Assembly (NCBI GenBank): GCA_038740375.1
Contig: JAVYLW010000003.1
Coordinates: 4,545-68,544, forward strand
Length of the DNA: 64,000 nt
Source of the DNA: Candidatus Pacearchaeota archaeon
GTDB taxonomy: Archaea; Nanobdellota; Nanobdellia; Pacearchaeales; GW2011-AR1
Reading direction: 5' to 3'
Part shown: one piece after another, positions 47,956 to 56,758 of the stretch
Layout: each line of letters opens with the position of its first letter
How positions within the stretch are numbered: position 1 is the stretch's first letter
Made by a program: the position numbers and the translations under genes
The notes under the pieces: generated by a model
Seen by the model: only the letters and a program-made list of their open reading frames with translations
Database searches by the model: none
Told to the model about the DNA's origin: nothing

Positions 47956-49329
47956 TTATAATCCTAAGCTTTCTATAAATTCTTGTTTGTTGAATAATTT
48001 TAAATCTTCGTATGATTGTCCTGTTCCTAAATAAAAAATAGGTTTTTTTGTTACATAAGAAATAGATATTATCGTTCCTCCTTTTTCATCAATATCAGCT
48101 TTGCTTAAAATTGAACCATCAATTCCTATAGCTTCATTAAATTTTTTTGATTGTTCTATTGCATCATTTCCAGCTATTGATTCTGCAACAAATATCTTTA
48201 AATTAGGTTTTGTTACTCTGCAAATTTTTTCCATTTCAGCTATTAAATTATTTTTAGTGTGCATTCTTCCTGCGGTATCTATTAAAACAACATCAATGTT
48301 GTGATTTTTTGCGTATTTTATTGCATCAAAACCTACTGCTGCAGGGTCTGCTTGATAATTATGCTTTATTAAAGGTATGTTTAATTTATTTGCATGTTCT
48401 TGTAATTGTTCGATTGAAGCTGCTCTAAATGTATCTGCTGCTGCTAATACCACTGAAAGATTGTTATTTTTTAACAAATATGCAATTTTTGCTATTGTTG
48501 TTGTTTTACCAGTTCCGTTAATTCCAAAAAATAAGATTACATAAGGATCTTTTTCTTTTTTATTTTTAATTTCTATTAGAAGATCAAAAGGTTCTATTAT
48601 CAATTCTTTTAATGCTTCTTTTAATTCATTAAAAATTGTTTTTTCAAGATTTTCCTTTTTAATTTCTTTGTTTATAAGTTTTTTTGATAGTATATTTTTT
48701 ATTTCTTCAACAACTTCTAATGCAGTATTATTTTCAAGTAAAAGCATTTCTAAATCATTAAAAATTTCATTAAAATCCTTATCAGTTATTTTATATGTAA
48801 AAGTGGACTTTAATTTTTCAAAAAAAGATTTTTTTTCTTCTTTTTCTTTTTCTAGTTTTTTAATCTCTTTTTCTTCTTCTTTTATTTCAGGTTCTTCAAT
48901 TGGCTTTATTTCAGGCTCAATTTTTAAAAGATCGGTTTCTTTAGCAAATCTTTCTTTTTCTTTTTCTAGTTTTTTAATCTCTTTTTCTTCTTCTTTTAGT
49001 TCTTTTTTTACTTTTTCTTTTAGTTCTTTAATTTCTTTAATTTTTTCTTCTTCCTTTTTTTCCTCTTTATTTTTTCCAAAAATTTTTTCAAAAAAAGATT
49101 TTTTTTCTTCAATCTTTTCTTCTTTCTTCGTTTCTTTTTCTTTTTTCTTTTTTCCTTTCTTTTTTTCAGGTTTTTCTTTAATCTCTTTTTCTTTTTTAGT
49201 ATCTTTGACAGGTTCTTCAATTTTTTCTTTTTTTTCTTCGATGATTCCATCTATTTTTTCTTCTGGTTTTAATTTATCTTTGACATTTTTTGCCCATTCT
49301 TTTAGTTTGTTCTTTAACAACCCAAACAT
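47956..49329 (-). CDS. ftsY: Signal recognition particle receptor FtsY with long Lys/Glu-rich N-terminal domain
   Basis: 457 aa. The C-terminal NG domain has GINGTGKTTT, DTAGR and SKADIDEKGG. The first about 170 aa are KE-rich low complexity. Confidence 0.9.
   Translation of the reverse strand: MFGLLKNKLKEWAKNVKDKLKPEEKIDGIIEEKKEKIEEPVKDTKKEKEIKEKPEKKKGKKKKEKETKKEEKIEEKKSFFEKIFGKNKEEKKEEEKIKEIKELKEKVKKELKEEEKEIKKLEKEKERFAKETDLLKIEPEIKPIEEPEIKEEEKEIKKLEKEKEEKKSFFEKLKSTFTYKITDKDFNEIFNDLEMLLLENNTALEVVEEIKNILSKKLINKEIKKENLEKTIFNELKEALKELIIEPFDLLIEIKNKKEKDPYVILFFGINGTGKTTTIAKIAYLLKNNNLSVVLAAADTFRAASIEQLQEHANKLNIPLIKHNYQADPAAVGFDAIKYAKNHNIDVVLIDTAGRMHTKNNLIAEMEKICRVTKPNLKIFVAESIAGNDAIEQSKKFNEAIGIDGSILSKADIDEKGGTIISISYVTKKPIFYLGTGQSYEDLKLFNKQEFIESLGL
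48838..48998. repeat. Perfect 47-nt direct repeat (48838-48884 and 48952-48998) inside the ftsY KE-rich region
   Basis: TTCTTTTTCTTTTTCTAGTTTTTTAATCTCTTTTTCTTCTTCTTTTA occurs twice, 114 nt apart (in frame). It encodes the duplicated peptide EEEKEIKKLEKEKE. Confidence 0.8.
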
Positions 49330-49380
49330 GTTTTTTATAAGATTGTAAGGTTTATAAGTAATACTCTTATATAAAAAATA

Positions 49381-49417
49381 ATTTTATTTATAATTTTATT
49401 TATAATTTTTATTTATA
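49381..49417. repeat. Three tandem copies of ATTTTATTTATA (third copy has one extra T) in the ftsY/apgM divergent intergenic region
   Basis: Read directly: attttatttata attttatttata atttttatttata. Confidence 0.6.
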
Positions 49418-49475
49418 ATAACATATCTTTTTATACTTTGTTAAATTATTGATTATGTATCAAAGATGGTGAAAA

Positions 49476-50729
49476 ATGAATAAAATATTAGTTATATTAG
49501 ATGGTGCAGCTGATTTACCTCATCCTTTTTTAAATGGAAAAACTCCTCTTGAGGCAGCAGAAATGCCTAATTTAGATTTTTTTTCTGAGTATTCTTGTAT
49601 GGGTTATATGTATCCAATATCAGAAAATGTTGCTCCAGGATCTGATAATTCTTTGCTTAGTATTTTTGGAAATAATCCTGAAATTTGTAAGAGAGGAGTA
49701 TTAGAAGCTGTAGGTATAGGTCTTAATATAAAAAAAGGAGATATAGTTTTTAGAACGAATTTTGGTACTATTGAAAATCTGAAAACTAGAAAGGTTATCG
49801 ACAGAAGAGTTGGAAGAACTTTATCTAGTAATGAAGCTAAAATATTAGCAAAGGATATAAACGATAAAATTAAGCTTCCATGTAAATTTTTATTTGTTCC
49901 AACAATTCAGCATAGAGGTGTTTTATTATTTTCCGGAGGAAATTTTTCAGAGAACATAACAAGCATTGATCCTGAATGGAATGGAGATAATCTCGATAAA
50001 AGTCAAGAAAACTATTTTAATTTTTGTTCTTCATTAGATAATAGTTTGTCATCTAATTATACTAGTTTTTTAGTTAACGAGTTTATATCGCAGGTATTTG
50101 ACATATTAAATAATCATCCTTTAAATTTTGAGAGAATAAGAAAAGGTCTTTTACCTGCTAACATGCTTTTTATAAGAGGAGGAGGTACTAAAGTACCAAA
50201 ATTGAAACAATATAGGAACTGGATGTCAATTAATTCTATGCCTCTTGAAATAGGAATCTCTAAACTTTCGGGAATGAAAGTTTTTAGTTTTGATTATCCA
50301 AAACAAAAAAGCATGGATTCTTATAAAAATTTATATGAGGGACTTTATAAAAATATAAAATTTTTTATTAAAGTGATAAAAAAGAATCATAATATTTTTA
50401 GAGGATGTTATATCCATTTTAAAGAACCTGATATTCCTGGGCATGATAATAAACCTAATGAAAAAAGGAAAATTCTTGAGTTTATTGATAATAATTTTTT
50501 TTCTTTTTTGAAAAAATTTTCATTAAAGCATAAATTTAATCTTGTTGTTACATGCGATCATGCAACACCTTGTAAATTGAAGTCTCATAGCAGTGATTTT
50601 GTTCCTGTGATGGTTTATGACGGAAAAAATACAGATGGTACTTTTCATTTTTGTGAGACGATAGCTAAAGAAGGGATATTAGGAAAGTTTTATGGGAAAG
50701 ATTTTATAAAAAAAACAGGTTTAATTTAG
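49476..50729 (+). CDS. apgM: Cofactor-independent phosphoglycerate mutase, archaeal type (ApgM)
   Basis: 417 aa. ILVILDGAADLP...GKTPLEAAEMPNLD at the N-terminus. HFKEPDIPGHD and TCDHATPC are metal-binding motifs of the alkaline-phosphatase-superfamily ApgM group. Confidence 0.8.
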   Translation: MNKILVILDGAADLPHPFLNGKTPLEAAEMPNLDFFSEYSCMGYMYPISENVAPGSDNSLLSIFGNNPEICKRGVLEAVGIGLNIKKGDIVFRTNFGTIENLKTRKVIDRRVGRTLSSNEAKILAKDINDKIKLPCKFLFVPTIQHRGVLLFSGGNFSENITSIDPEWNGDNLDKSQENYFNFCSSLDNSLSSNYTSFLVNEFISQVFDILNNHPLNFERIRKGLLPANMLFIRGGGTKVPKLKQYRNWMSINSMPLEIGISKLSGMKVFSFDYPKQKSMDSYKNLYEGLYKNIKFFIKVIKKNHNIFRGCYIHFKEPDIPGHDNKPNEKRKILEFIDNNFFSFLKKFSLKHKFNLVVTCDHATPCKLKSHSSDFVPVMVYDGKNTDGTFHFCETIAKEGILGKFYGKDFIKKTGLI

Positions 50730-50929
50730 TTTTTATATATTATTTTATTTCTTTAATTTTTAAATTTTTTGTGAGAATATTTCTTATTTTAAGTAGGACT
50801 TTTTTATAAATAGTAAAAAAATATCAATAGATATTTTGTTTTAATAAAATATATTTTTTACTTTAATTACTTTAAAGGAATTCTAAAATTTCAAAAAAGT
50901 TATAAAGTGTTTATTTTTTTGTAATTATA

Positions 50930-51496
50930 ATGATAACATATAATGACTTATATGATACTTTAAGAAAAGAAAGGTACAGTGAGCAACTTCAAAGTATTCC
51001 AAAAAATTTTATTAAAGAAGTTGCACTTTATTTAAAAGATAAAAAAGAAATCGCAAATAGAAAAACAGACGATTTTTCTGATACTGCATTAAAGACAAAA
51101 AAGCAGTTTGAAAACTCTCTTGCTATATTTAAAGAGTTAATGCTTAGAAGAAAGAAAAAAATTTTAGAACTTGCATTTGTTGCAACTGAAACAGGTATAT
51201 CAAAAAGAGATTTTGAAAACATGCTTCAGATTGAAAGAGATATGTTTGATTCTATAATTAAGACAATTGAAAAAACTGATAAAAAGGTTTCAGAAATGCT
51301 TAAAGGTATGGATGAAGAAGAGTCTAATAAGCTTAATAACAAAATGATTGTTTTTGTTGAAGATGTTGAAGAATTCTTAGATATAGATGGAAATAAATTA
51401 GGTCCTTTTAAAAAAGGCGATGTTGCAAATATTCCTGAAGAAATAGCAAATATATTGATAATCGATAGAAAAGCAGAAGCTATTTCTGAAGACTAA
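50930..51496 (+). CDS. GINS subunit-like protein (Gins51/Gins15-type), tentative
   Basis: 188 aa. The N-terminus ITYNDLYDTLRKERYSEQLQSIPKNFIKEVALYLKD resembles the archaeal GINS A-domain opening. The C-terminal small domain is VEEFLDIDGNKLGPFKKGDVANIPEEIANILI. Confidence 0.45.
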   Translation: MITYNDLYDTLRKERYSEQLQSIPKNFIKEVALYLKDKKEIANRKTDDFSDTALKTKKQFENSLAIFKELMLRRKKKILELAFVATETGISKRDFENMLQIERDMFDSIIKTIEKTDKKVSEMLKGMDEEESNKLNNKMIVFVEDVEEFLDIDGNKLGPFKKGDVANIPEEIANILIIDRKAEAISED

Positions 51497-51722
51497 ATTA
51501 TTTAATCTTGATAAATTACGATTTATTATAAATTTACATTTATTTTTGTGTAAAGTATATTTGTATTGTAATGCAGTTTTAATTAAGATATTCAAGATTT
51601 GATAAAAATTTTTGAATTTAATAAATTTTACACTCTTTAATTAAACATAAAATGAGGAATGATTTTGATAAATAGTTTATTTCATATATATTTCTTTTTT
51701 AAATATTTTAAGAAATTAATAA

Positions 51723-51974
51723 CTATTGTTTATCAAAAATAGACTCATGAAATTTTTTATAACGCCACATCCATAAACCAACACCTATTATTAGTAAACC
51801 CCAAAGAGCTATAAAAATATCAAGAATCGTAATCTTGCTAGTTCCTCCAATTACTCTTCCTGTGATTGTGTTTGTAGTTGATAAAAAAACTATTAAACCA
51901 ACTATGATTACAAATGAAGCTGCTAATTTTTGAAATGCTATTTTTGTAGGATCGTAATTATTTTTATTTTTCAT
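51723..51974 (-). CDS. Small membrane protein (83 aa)
   Basis: ATG ORF with two clear TM segments. Confidence 0.45.
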   Translation of the reverse strand: MKNKNNYDPTKIAFQKLAASFVIIVGLIVFLSTTNTITGRVIGGTSKITILDIFIALWGLLIIGVGLWMWRYKKFHESIFDKQ

Positions 51975-52238
51975 TTTATGAATATTGATATTTTAGTATA
52001 TAAATTTTTTTAATTTTTTATATTTTTCCAAGATTATAATTAATTTTTTCAATATCTTAAATTAATACTAATAAAACTAATCATTAAATCAATTTTTCAA
52101 AATTAAGCAAGACATTCTTTTAAATTTTAAATTATTTTTATAAATATTAAAAATTTATTTTTTAAACAATTTTTTTATCTATCCATTTATCTATCTAAAA
52201 TACATTAATCTTTTAAAGTAATTTCTTTTTTTGTAAAC

Positions 52239-53270
52239 ATGGATGTTAGTGATAATGCAAATAATTATGAAAGATTAGAGTCTCCTAGATATTTTAAGGA
52301 TAAATATCCCATAAGTTTTGAAGCTAGAGAAAACGTTAACACCAATCGTGAATATATAAAAAATATTCTTGATTTAAAAGATAAAAGAAGATTATTTATT
52401 GTTGGTCCATGTTCTATTCATAATTTTGATGAAGCAATAGAATACGCAAAGAAATTAAAGAAGATTTCAGATTATGTTAAATCTAAAATCTTAATATTAA
52501 TGAGAGTTTATTTAGAAAAACCTAGAACAATAATTGGTTGGAAGGGTTTTATTAACGATCCTGATTTGAATTCCAGTTTTAATATTAAAAAAGGAATAAG
52601 TCTTTCTAGAGAACTTCTAATTAAAATAAATGAGTTTGGTATTCCTACTGCAACTGAATTTTTAGATGTTTTAGTTTATCCTTATATTTATGATTTAATA
52701 TCTTGGGGGGCTATTGGAGCTAGAACTTCTGAATCACAAATTCATAGACAAATGGTTTCAGGATTTTCAATTCCTATAGGATTTAAAAATTCAACTTCTG
52801 GAAATATCGATATAGCAATAAATGCAATAAAATCTGCAAGATATCCTCATAGTTTTATAGGTATTTCAGAGGAAGGATTTGTTTCAACAATATCAACAAA
52901 AGGAAATTCTTATTGTCATTTAATTTTAAGAGGCAGTGATAATGGGCCTAATTATGAATCTGAATTTGTGTCAGAGGTGTTGGATAGATTATCTGAAGAA
53001 TCTTTGAAGGATATAGTTATGATTGATTGTAGTCATGGAAATTCTTTTAAGAATTATAAACTTCAAGTCGAAGTTTTTAGAGATGTTATTAATCAAATGA
53101 AAACTAACCAAAAAATAATAGGACTTATGCTTGAATCAAATCTTCTTGAAGGAAATCAGGTCATTCCTAATGATTTATCAAAATTAAAAAAAGGTGTATC
53201 TGTAACAGACGGTTGTATATCTATTGAAACAACAGAAAGAATAATCAAAGAAGCTTATGATATTTTATAA
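52239..53270 (+). CDS. 3-deoxy-7-phosphoheptulonate (DAHP) synthase, class I AroG/AroF/AroH-like
   Basis: 343 aa, collinear with E. coli AroG as I recall it: IVGPCSIH, MRVYLEKPRTIIGWKGFINDP, WGAIGARTSESQIHRQ, IGFKNSTSG, HLILRG, IDCSHGNS, ESNLLEGNQ. Confidence 0.9.
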   Translation: MDVSDNANNYERLESPRYFKDKYPISFEARENVNTNREYIKNILDLKDKRRLFIVGPCSIHNFDEAIEYAKKLKKISDYVKSKILILMRVYLEKPRTIIGWKGFINDPDLNSSFNIKKGISLSRELLIKINEFGIPTATEFLDVLVYPYIYDLISWGAIGARTSESQIHRQMVSGFSIPIGFKNSTSGNIDIAINAIKSARYPHSFIGISEEGFVSTISTKGNSYCHLILRGSDNGPNYESEFVSEVLDRLSEESLKDIVMIDCSHGNSFKNYKLQVEVFRDVINQMKTNQKIIGLMLESNLLEGNQVIPNDLSKLKKGVSVTDGCISIETTERIIKEAYDIL

Positions 53271-53476
53271 AAAGTTATTTTTTATAATAGTATCTTTTTT
53301 GATTCTAATTTTTAAATAAATTATTTTTTCTTCTTTTATTGTTTCTTATCTATTCTAAGAAGAGAGGAAAAATGAATAATTTTTTAAGCTTATTAATGAA
53401 TAAGAAGTATCAATTTTTTATAGTAATTTTTTATTTAAATCGAACAGATTTTCGTTTAAATTATTTTATTTATGTA

Positions 53477-53797
53477 TTAATTCATTATTTTATTTAGTTT
53501 ATGATAAAATTTAATTTTTTTATTTTTTGATTTCCCTCCTTTAATCTGTCCCCAGTTGTTTGAAACATATTCAAATTTTAAGTTTCTTTTTTTTATATTC
53601 GCTATGTGACATAAATCAAGAAAAAAGGATTTTGGAATTAATCTTCTTTCACTATAATAATTCTTTAATGTAGAATATTTAATGTTAAATCCGAATTGCA
53701 ATATTTGTTTTAGTGACTTTATGTTGAGATTTTTCATTGCTAATTTTAAGAAAATTCTTTGTTTTCCTTTTTTAAATTTTATTCTTTGTTCTTTCAT
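53477..53797 (-). CDS. Hypothetical small basic protein (106 aa), possibly HTH-containing
   Basis: ATG ORF. The segment YSTLKNYYSERRLIPKSFFLDLCHIA looks helix-turn-helix-like. No family recognised. Confidence 0.4.
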   Translation of the reverse strand: MKEQRIKFKKGKQRIFLKLAMKNLNIKSLKQILQFGFNIKYSTLKNYYSERRLIPKSFFLDLCHIANIKKRNLKFEYVSNNWGQIKGGKSKNKKIKFYHKLNKIMN

Positions 53798-53847
53798 GTG
53801 TTCATAACTTTTATTCTTTGTGCTGCGACACCTAAATGTAAGAAAAG

Positions 53848-53855
53848 TTTAAATA
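53848..53855 (+). promoter_or_regulatory. Candidate TATA box (TTTAAATA) about 25 nt upstream of the L44e ATG
   Basis: The spacing suits a leaderless or short-leader transcript of the L44e-S3Ae-ndk operon. Low specificity in AT-rich DNA. Confidence 0.25.
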
Positions 53856-53876
53856 CCTTTGTATCAAACTCATTTT

Positions 53877-54194
53877 ATGAAACTTCCAAAGAAAACTAAT
53901 AGATATTGTCCTTTTTGTAAAAAAAGGACAGAACAAAAAATTGAATTAGTGTCAACTGGACATAAAAGAGGTGCTTTAAAATGGGGTTCTATAAATAGAG
54001 CGAAATTAAGAGGAGCTTTTCCTGGAAAAGGTAATAAACCAAAAGGAGGAAGCAAACCTGCTATTAAATCTTGGAAAAGGAAAACAAAAACAACTACGAG
54101 AAAAGTTTTAATTTATACTTGTCAATTATGTAAAAAATCAAAACATTCTAATAGATCTAGGAGGGTATCAAAGATAATTATCGGAGAAAAATAA
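53877..54194 (+). CDS. rpl44e: Ribosomal protein L44e
   Basis: MKLPKKTNRYCPFCKKRTEQK...YTCQLCKKSKH gives the two CxxC pairs and basic composition of L44e. The track start (TTG 53859) is replaced by ATG 53877. Confidence 0.8.
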   Translation: MKLPKKTNRYCPFCKKRTEQKIELVSTGHKRGALKWGSINRAKLRGAFPGKGNKPKGGSKPAIKSWKRKTKTTTRKVLIYTCQLCKKSKHSNRSRRVSKIIIGEK

Positions 54195-54986
54195 ATGGCA
54201 ACTAAAACTGATAAACAGATAATAAGAAGAAAAAAGTTCATTACAGTTGAATTACCTATAATAAATTTTAAAGTAGAATTAATTGGAAATTCAACTAAAG
54301 ATATTATTGGAAGGACAATAAAATTAGATTTAACTAGACAATTAAAGGGAAAAAGTGTTGAAATGACTTTTAAAACAAAATTGGAAAATGATAAAGTTAT
54401 AGGAGTTCCTTTTAAAATAAAACTTCTTTCATATTTTATTAGAAGAATGATTAGGAGAAGAATAAGTTATGTAGAAGATTCTTTTAATGTTCAATCAAGA
54501 GAAAGTCTATTAAAGATAAAACCTTTTTTAATAACTAAAAGAAAAGTTTCAAGAAGAATAAGAAAAACTTTAAGAAATAGAGCTAAAAACTGGATTATAG
54601 ATTATATTTCTGAAAGGAGCGATTATGAAATCTTTAATGATATTATTTCAAATAAAGTTCAAAAGATGTTATCATTATATTTAAAAAAGACATATCCTCT
54701 TTCATTATGTGAGATAAGAATTTTAGAGATTGTAAGATCTTTAAGTCCTGAAGAAATTTCTAAAATAGAAGTGAGTAAAAAAATTGATAAAAAAATAAAA
54801 GATCAAGATGCGGAATATGAAATTGATAATAAAGGATTTGATAAAGAAGAAATTGAAAATAAGGAAATAAAGGAAGCTCAGAGTGTAATATCTGAAACCC
54901 AGAAAAAAGCAATTGAAATACAGGAAAATAATCATGATAAAAAGATTAAAAAAACTACTAAAAAATTAAAAAAAAGAGAAAGTTGA
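54195..54986 (+). CDS. rps3ae: Ribosomal protein S3Ae (S1e) with Lys/Glu-rich C-terminal extension
   Basis: The ATG abuts the L44e stop. IGRTIKLDLT..., FIRRMIRRRISYVEDSF and KKTYPLSLCEIRILEIV match conserved S3Ae blocks. Confidence 0.8.
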   Translation: MATKTDKQIIRRKKFITVELPIINFKVELIGNSTKDIIGRTIKLDLTRQLKGKSVEMTFKTKLENDKVIGVPFKIKLLSYFIRRMIRRRISYVEDSFNVQSRESLLKIKPFLITKRKVSRRIRKTLRNRAKNWIIDYISERSDYEIFNDIISNKVQKMLSLYLKKTYPLSLCEIRILEIVRSLSPEEISKIEVSKKIDKKIKDQDAEYEIDNKGFDKEEIENKEIKEAQSVISETQKKAIEIQENNHDKKIKKTTKKLKKRES

Positions 54987-54989
54987 GGA
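54985..54989 (+). promoter_or_regulatory. Shine-Dalgarno-like GAGGA, 8 nt upstream of the ndk ATG 54998
   Basis: agttGAGGAaacagaaaATG, located within the end of the S3Ae gene. Confidence 0.45.
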
Positions 54990-54997
54990 AACAGAAA

Positions 54998-55492
54998 ATG
55001 GTAATTGAACAAACTCTTGTTTTAATAAAACCTGATGGAGTTGAGAGAGGTCTTGTTGGTGAAATTATTAAAAGATTTGAACAGAGAGGTTTAAAATTAG
55101 TTGCATTAAAACTTGTTAAAATAGGAAAAGATCATGCTTTAAAGCATTATACAGATGATTTAGCAAAGAGGAGAGGTGAGGCTGTTAGAGAAAAAATGGT
55201 TGATTTTATTACTTCAGGTCCTGTTGTTGCTATGATAATCGAGGGTGTTGATGCAGTTGAAAATGTAAGAAAAATAGTTGGTTCAACAGAATCAAAAGAA
55301 GCTTTGCCTGGTACAATTAGAGGAGATTTTTCTCATGTAAGTTTTTCTCATGCAGATGAGAATGAAACTATTGTAAAGAATATAATACATGCTTCGTCTA
55401 GTAAACAAGATGCTGAATATGAAACTAAACTTTGGTTTTCTTTAGAAGAAATACATTCTTATAAAAGAGTAGATGAGCATCATGTATTTTAA
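54998..55492 (+). CDS. ndk: Nucleoside diphosphate kinase
   Basis: EQTLVLIKPDGVERGLVGEII.RFE.RGLK, GPVVAMIIEG, TIRGDF and NIIHAS (active-site His). ATG 54998 is preferred to the track TTG 54983. Confidence 0.9.
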   Translation: MVIEQTLVLIKPDGVERGLVGEIIKRFEQRGLKLVALKLVKIGKDHALKHYTDDLAKRRGEAVREKMVDFITSGPVVAMIIEGVDAVENVRKIVGSTESKEALPGTIRGDFSHVSFSHADENETIVKNIIHASSSKQDAEYETKLWFSLEEIHSYKRVDEHHVF

Positions 55493-55602
55493 AATTTAAT
55501 AATCTTTAGATGTTCTATTTTTTTTGAAAGTTTATTTTTAAAATTAAATTATGTTTTAGTTTATAGAATATTTTTTAAACTCTTTTATTTATAATTTATT
55601 AT

Positions 55603-55675
55603 GCCTGCATAGCTCAGTTGGTAGAGCACCTGCCTTGTAAGCAGGGGGTCGTCGGTTCGATCCCGGCTGCAGGCT
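55603..55675 (+). tRNA. tRNA-Thr (anticodon UGU)
   Basis: Hand fold: acceptor GCCTGCA/TGCAGGC, D arm GCTC-AGTTGGTA-GAGC, anticodon arm CCTGC-CTTGTAA-GCAGG, variable GGGTC, T arm GTCGG-TTCGATC-CCGGC. Confidence 0.9.
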
Positions 55676-55806
55676 TTTTAGTATGAAATTTTTTACAATA
55701 GGTGTTAATAACTAGGAAAATTTATTTTTTATCATTATATATTTTAATTTAATCATTATTTTTTAGTTTAGATAAATTTAAATTTAGAATATTTTGCAGT
55801 AATATT

Positions 55807-56124
55807 ATGGTAGAATCATTTGATTTTAATTATGTATTTGATAATTTTAATAAATTTGATAAAGAAATTAGAAAAACTATAAAAAGACATTTTTTAACTT
55901 TAGGTAAAGAGAGTTTTTTATTAGGGCTTATATTAATATCTACCATATTATATTTTACTTTTATATTTAAAATTATTCCAATTTGGGTGGTTCCTTTTTT
56001 TGCTACATTTGGTTTAATTCTTTCTATAATGCAGATATTGAGACAAACACATGCTTTGGCTATCGCAGGTTTTATTTTGAATTTATTTGCTCTACTTATT
56101 TCTATGTTTTATTTAATCATTTAG
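55807..56124 (+). CDS. Small membrane protein (105 aa)
   Basis: ATG ORF with three hydrophobic segments in the C-terminal two thirds. Confidence 0.45.
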   Translation: MVESFDFNYVFDNFNKFDKEIRKTIKRHFLTLGKESFLLGLILISTILYFTFIFKIIPIWVVPFFATFGLILSIMQILRQTHALAIAGFILNLFALLISMFYLII

Positions 56125-56290
56125 TTCTTTATATTTTATATTTGTGATTATTTTTTTACAAATTTATATAATTGATAAGATTCTGATAAAGATATCAGTT
56201 TCTATAAATATTTACTAATATAGGATAGGTATTTCTTTGAATCTTTTATTACAATAAAATTAAAAAATAACTTTTTCTTATTAATTTTAA

Positions 56291-56361
56291 GGCCTCATAG
56301 TTCAGTGGTAAAACACCTCTTTGACGTGGAGGAGTCCCAAGTTCAATTCTTGGTGGGGCCA
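56291..56361 (+). tRNA. tRNA-Val (anticodon GAC)
   Basis: Hand fold: acceptor GGCCTCA/TGGGGCC (one G-U), short D stem GTT/AAC, anticodon arm CCTCT-TTGACGT-GGAGG, T arm CCAAG-TTCAATT-CTTGG, discriminator A. Confidence 0.8.
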
Positions 56362-56611
56362 TATTTAATAAAAATTATTTGAAATAATTAAAAACTTTTT
56401 TAGTATTTTTTATATTTAAAGATAAATTTCATCAATAATTAATTTCTTTAGAAATCTTTGTTTTTAAAAATAGTTAAGATAATCTTAATTTTACTTACTA
56501 ACTTACTTACTAATTAATTTAATAAATAAGAAAAATTTATATATTATCTATTATATCACTTTATATATATGTTATAATTTTATTACAATATATATAATCA
56601 AAAGAGGGGTT

Positions 56612-56758
56612 ATGAAAAAATATCTGTTATTAATAGAGGATGAAGAATTATGGCAAAAATTTAAGGATTCTATTGAAAAAGATATTAACAGTGAGATTAT
56701 TGAAATGATTAGGAAAAAAGTAAAAGATAAAAAAGAGGTAAAAGATGTTAAGAAATAA
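56612..56758 (+). CDS. Small ribbon-helix-helix-like protein (48 aa); not in the ORF track
   Basis: Encodes MKKYLLLIEDEELWQKFKDSIEKDINSEIIEMIRKKVKDKKEVKDVKK: a beta-strand-like start followed by two helices, an Arc/CopG-like layout. A purine-rich AGAGGGG lies 4 nt upstream. It overlaps the next gene by 14 nt. Confidence 0.4.
   Translation: MKKYLLLIEDEELWQKFKDSIEKDINSEIIEMIRKKVKDKKEVKDVKK

Noticed and set aside
48668-49348. A 226-aa Ser/Phe-rich ORF on the plus strand, and a 76-aa Lys-rich ORF (49020-49250, minus strand)
   Set aside because: Both lie entirely within the Lys/Glu-rich N-terminal region of ftsY. AAG/GAA repeats read on the opposite strand or in another frame give long stop-free low-complexity ORFs, so these are shadow ORFs.
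56491-56512. Microrepeat (ACTT/ACTA)n about 100 nt upstream of the RHH-like ORF
   Set aside because: It is very short and imperfect, with no second copy or symmetry, and is most simply replication slippage.
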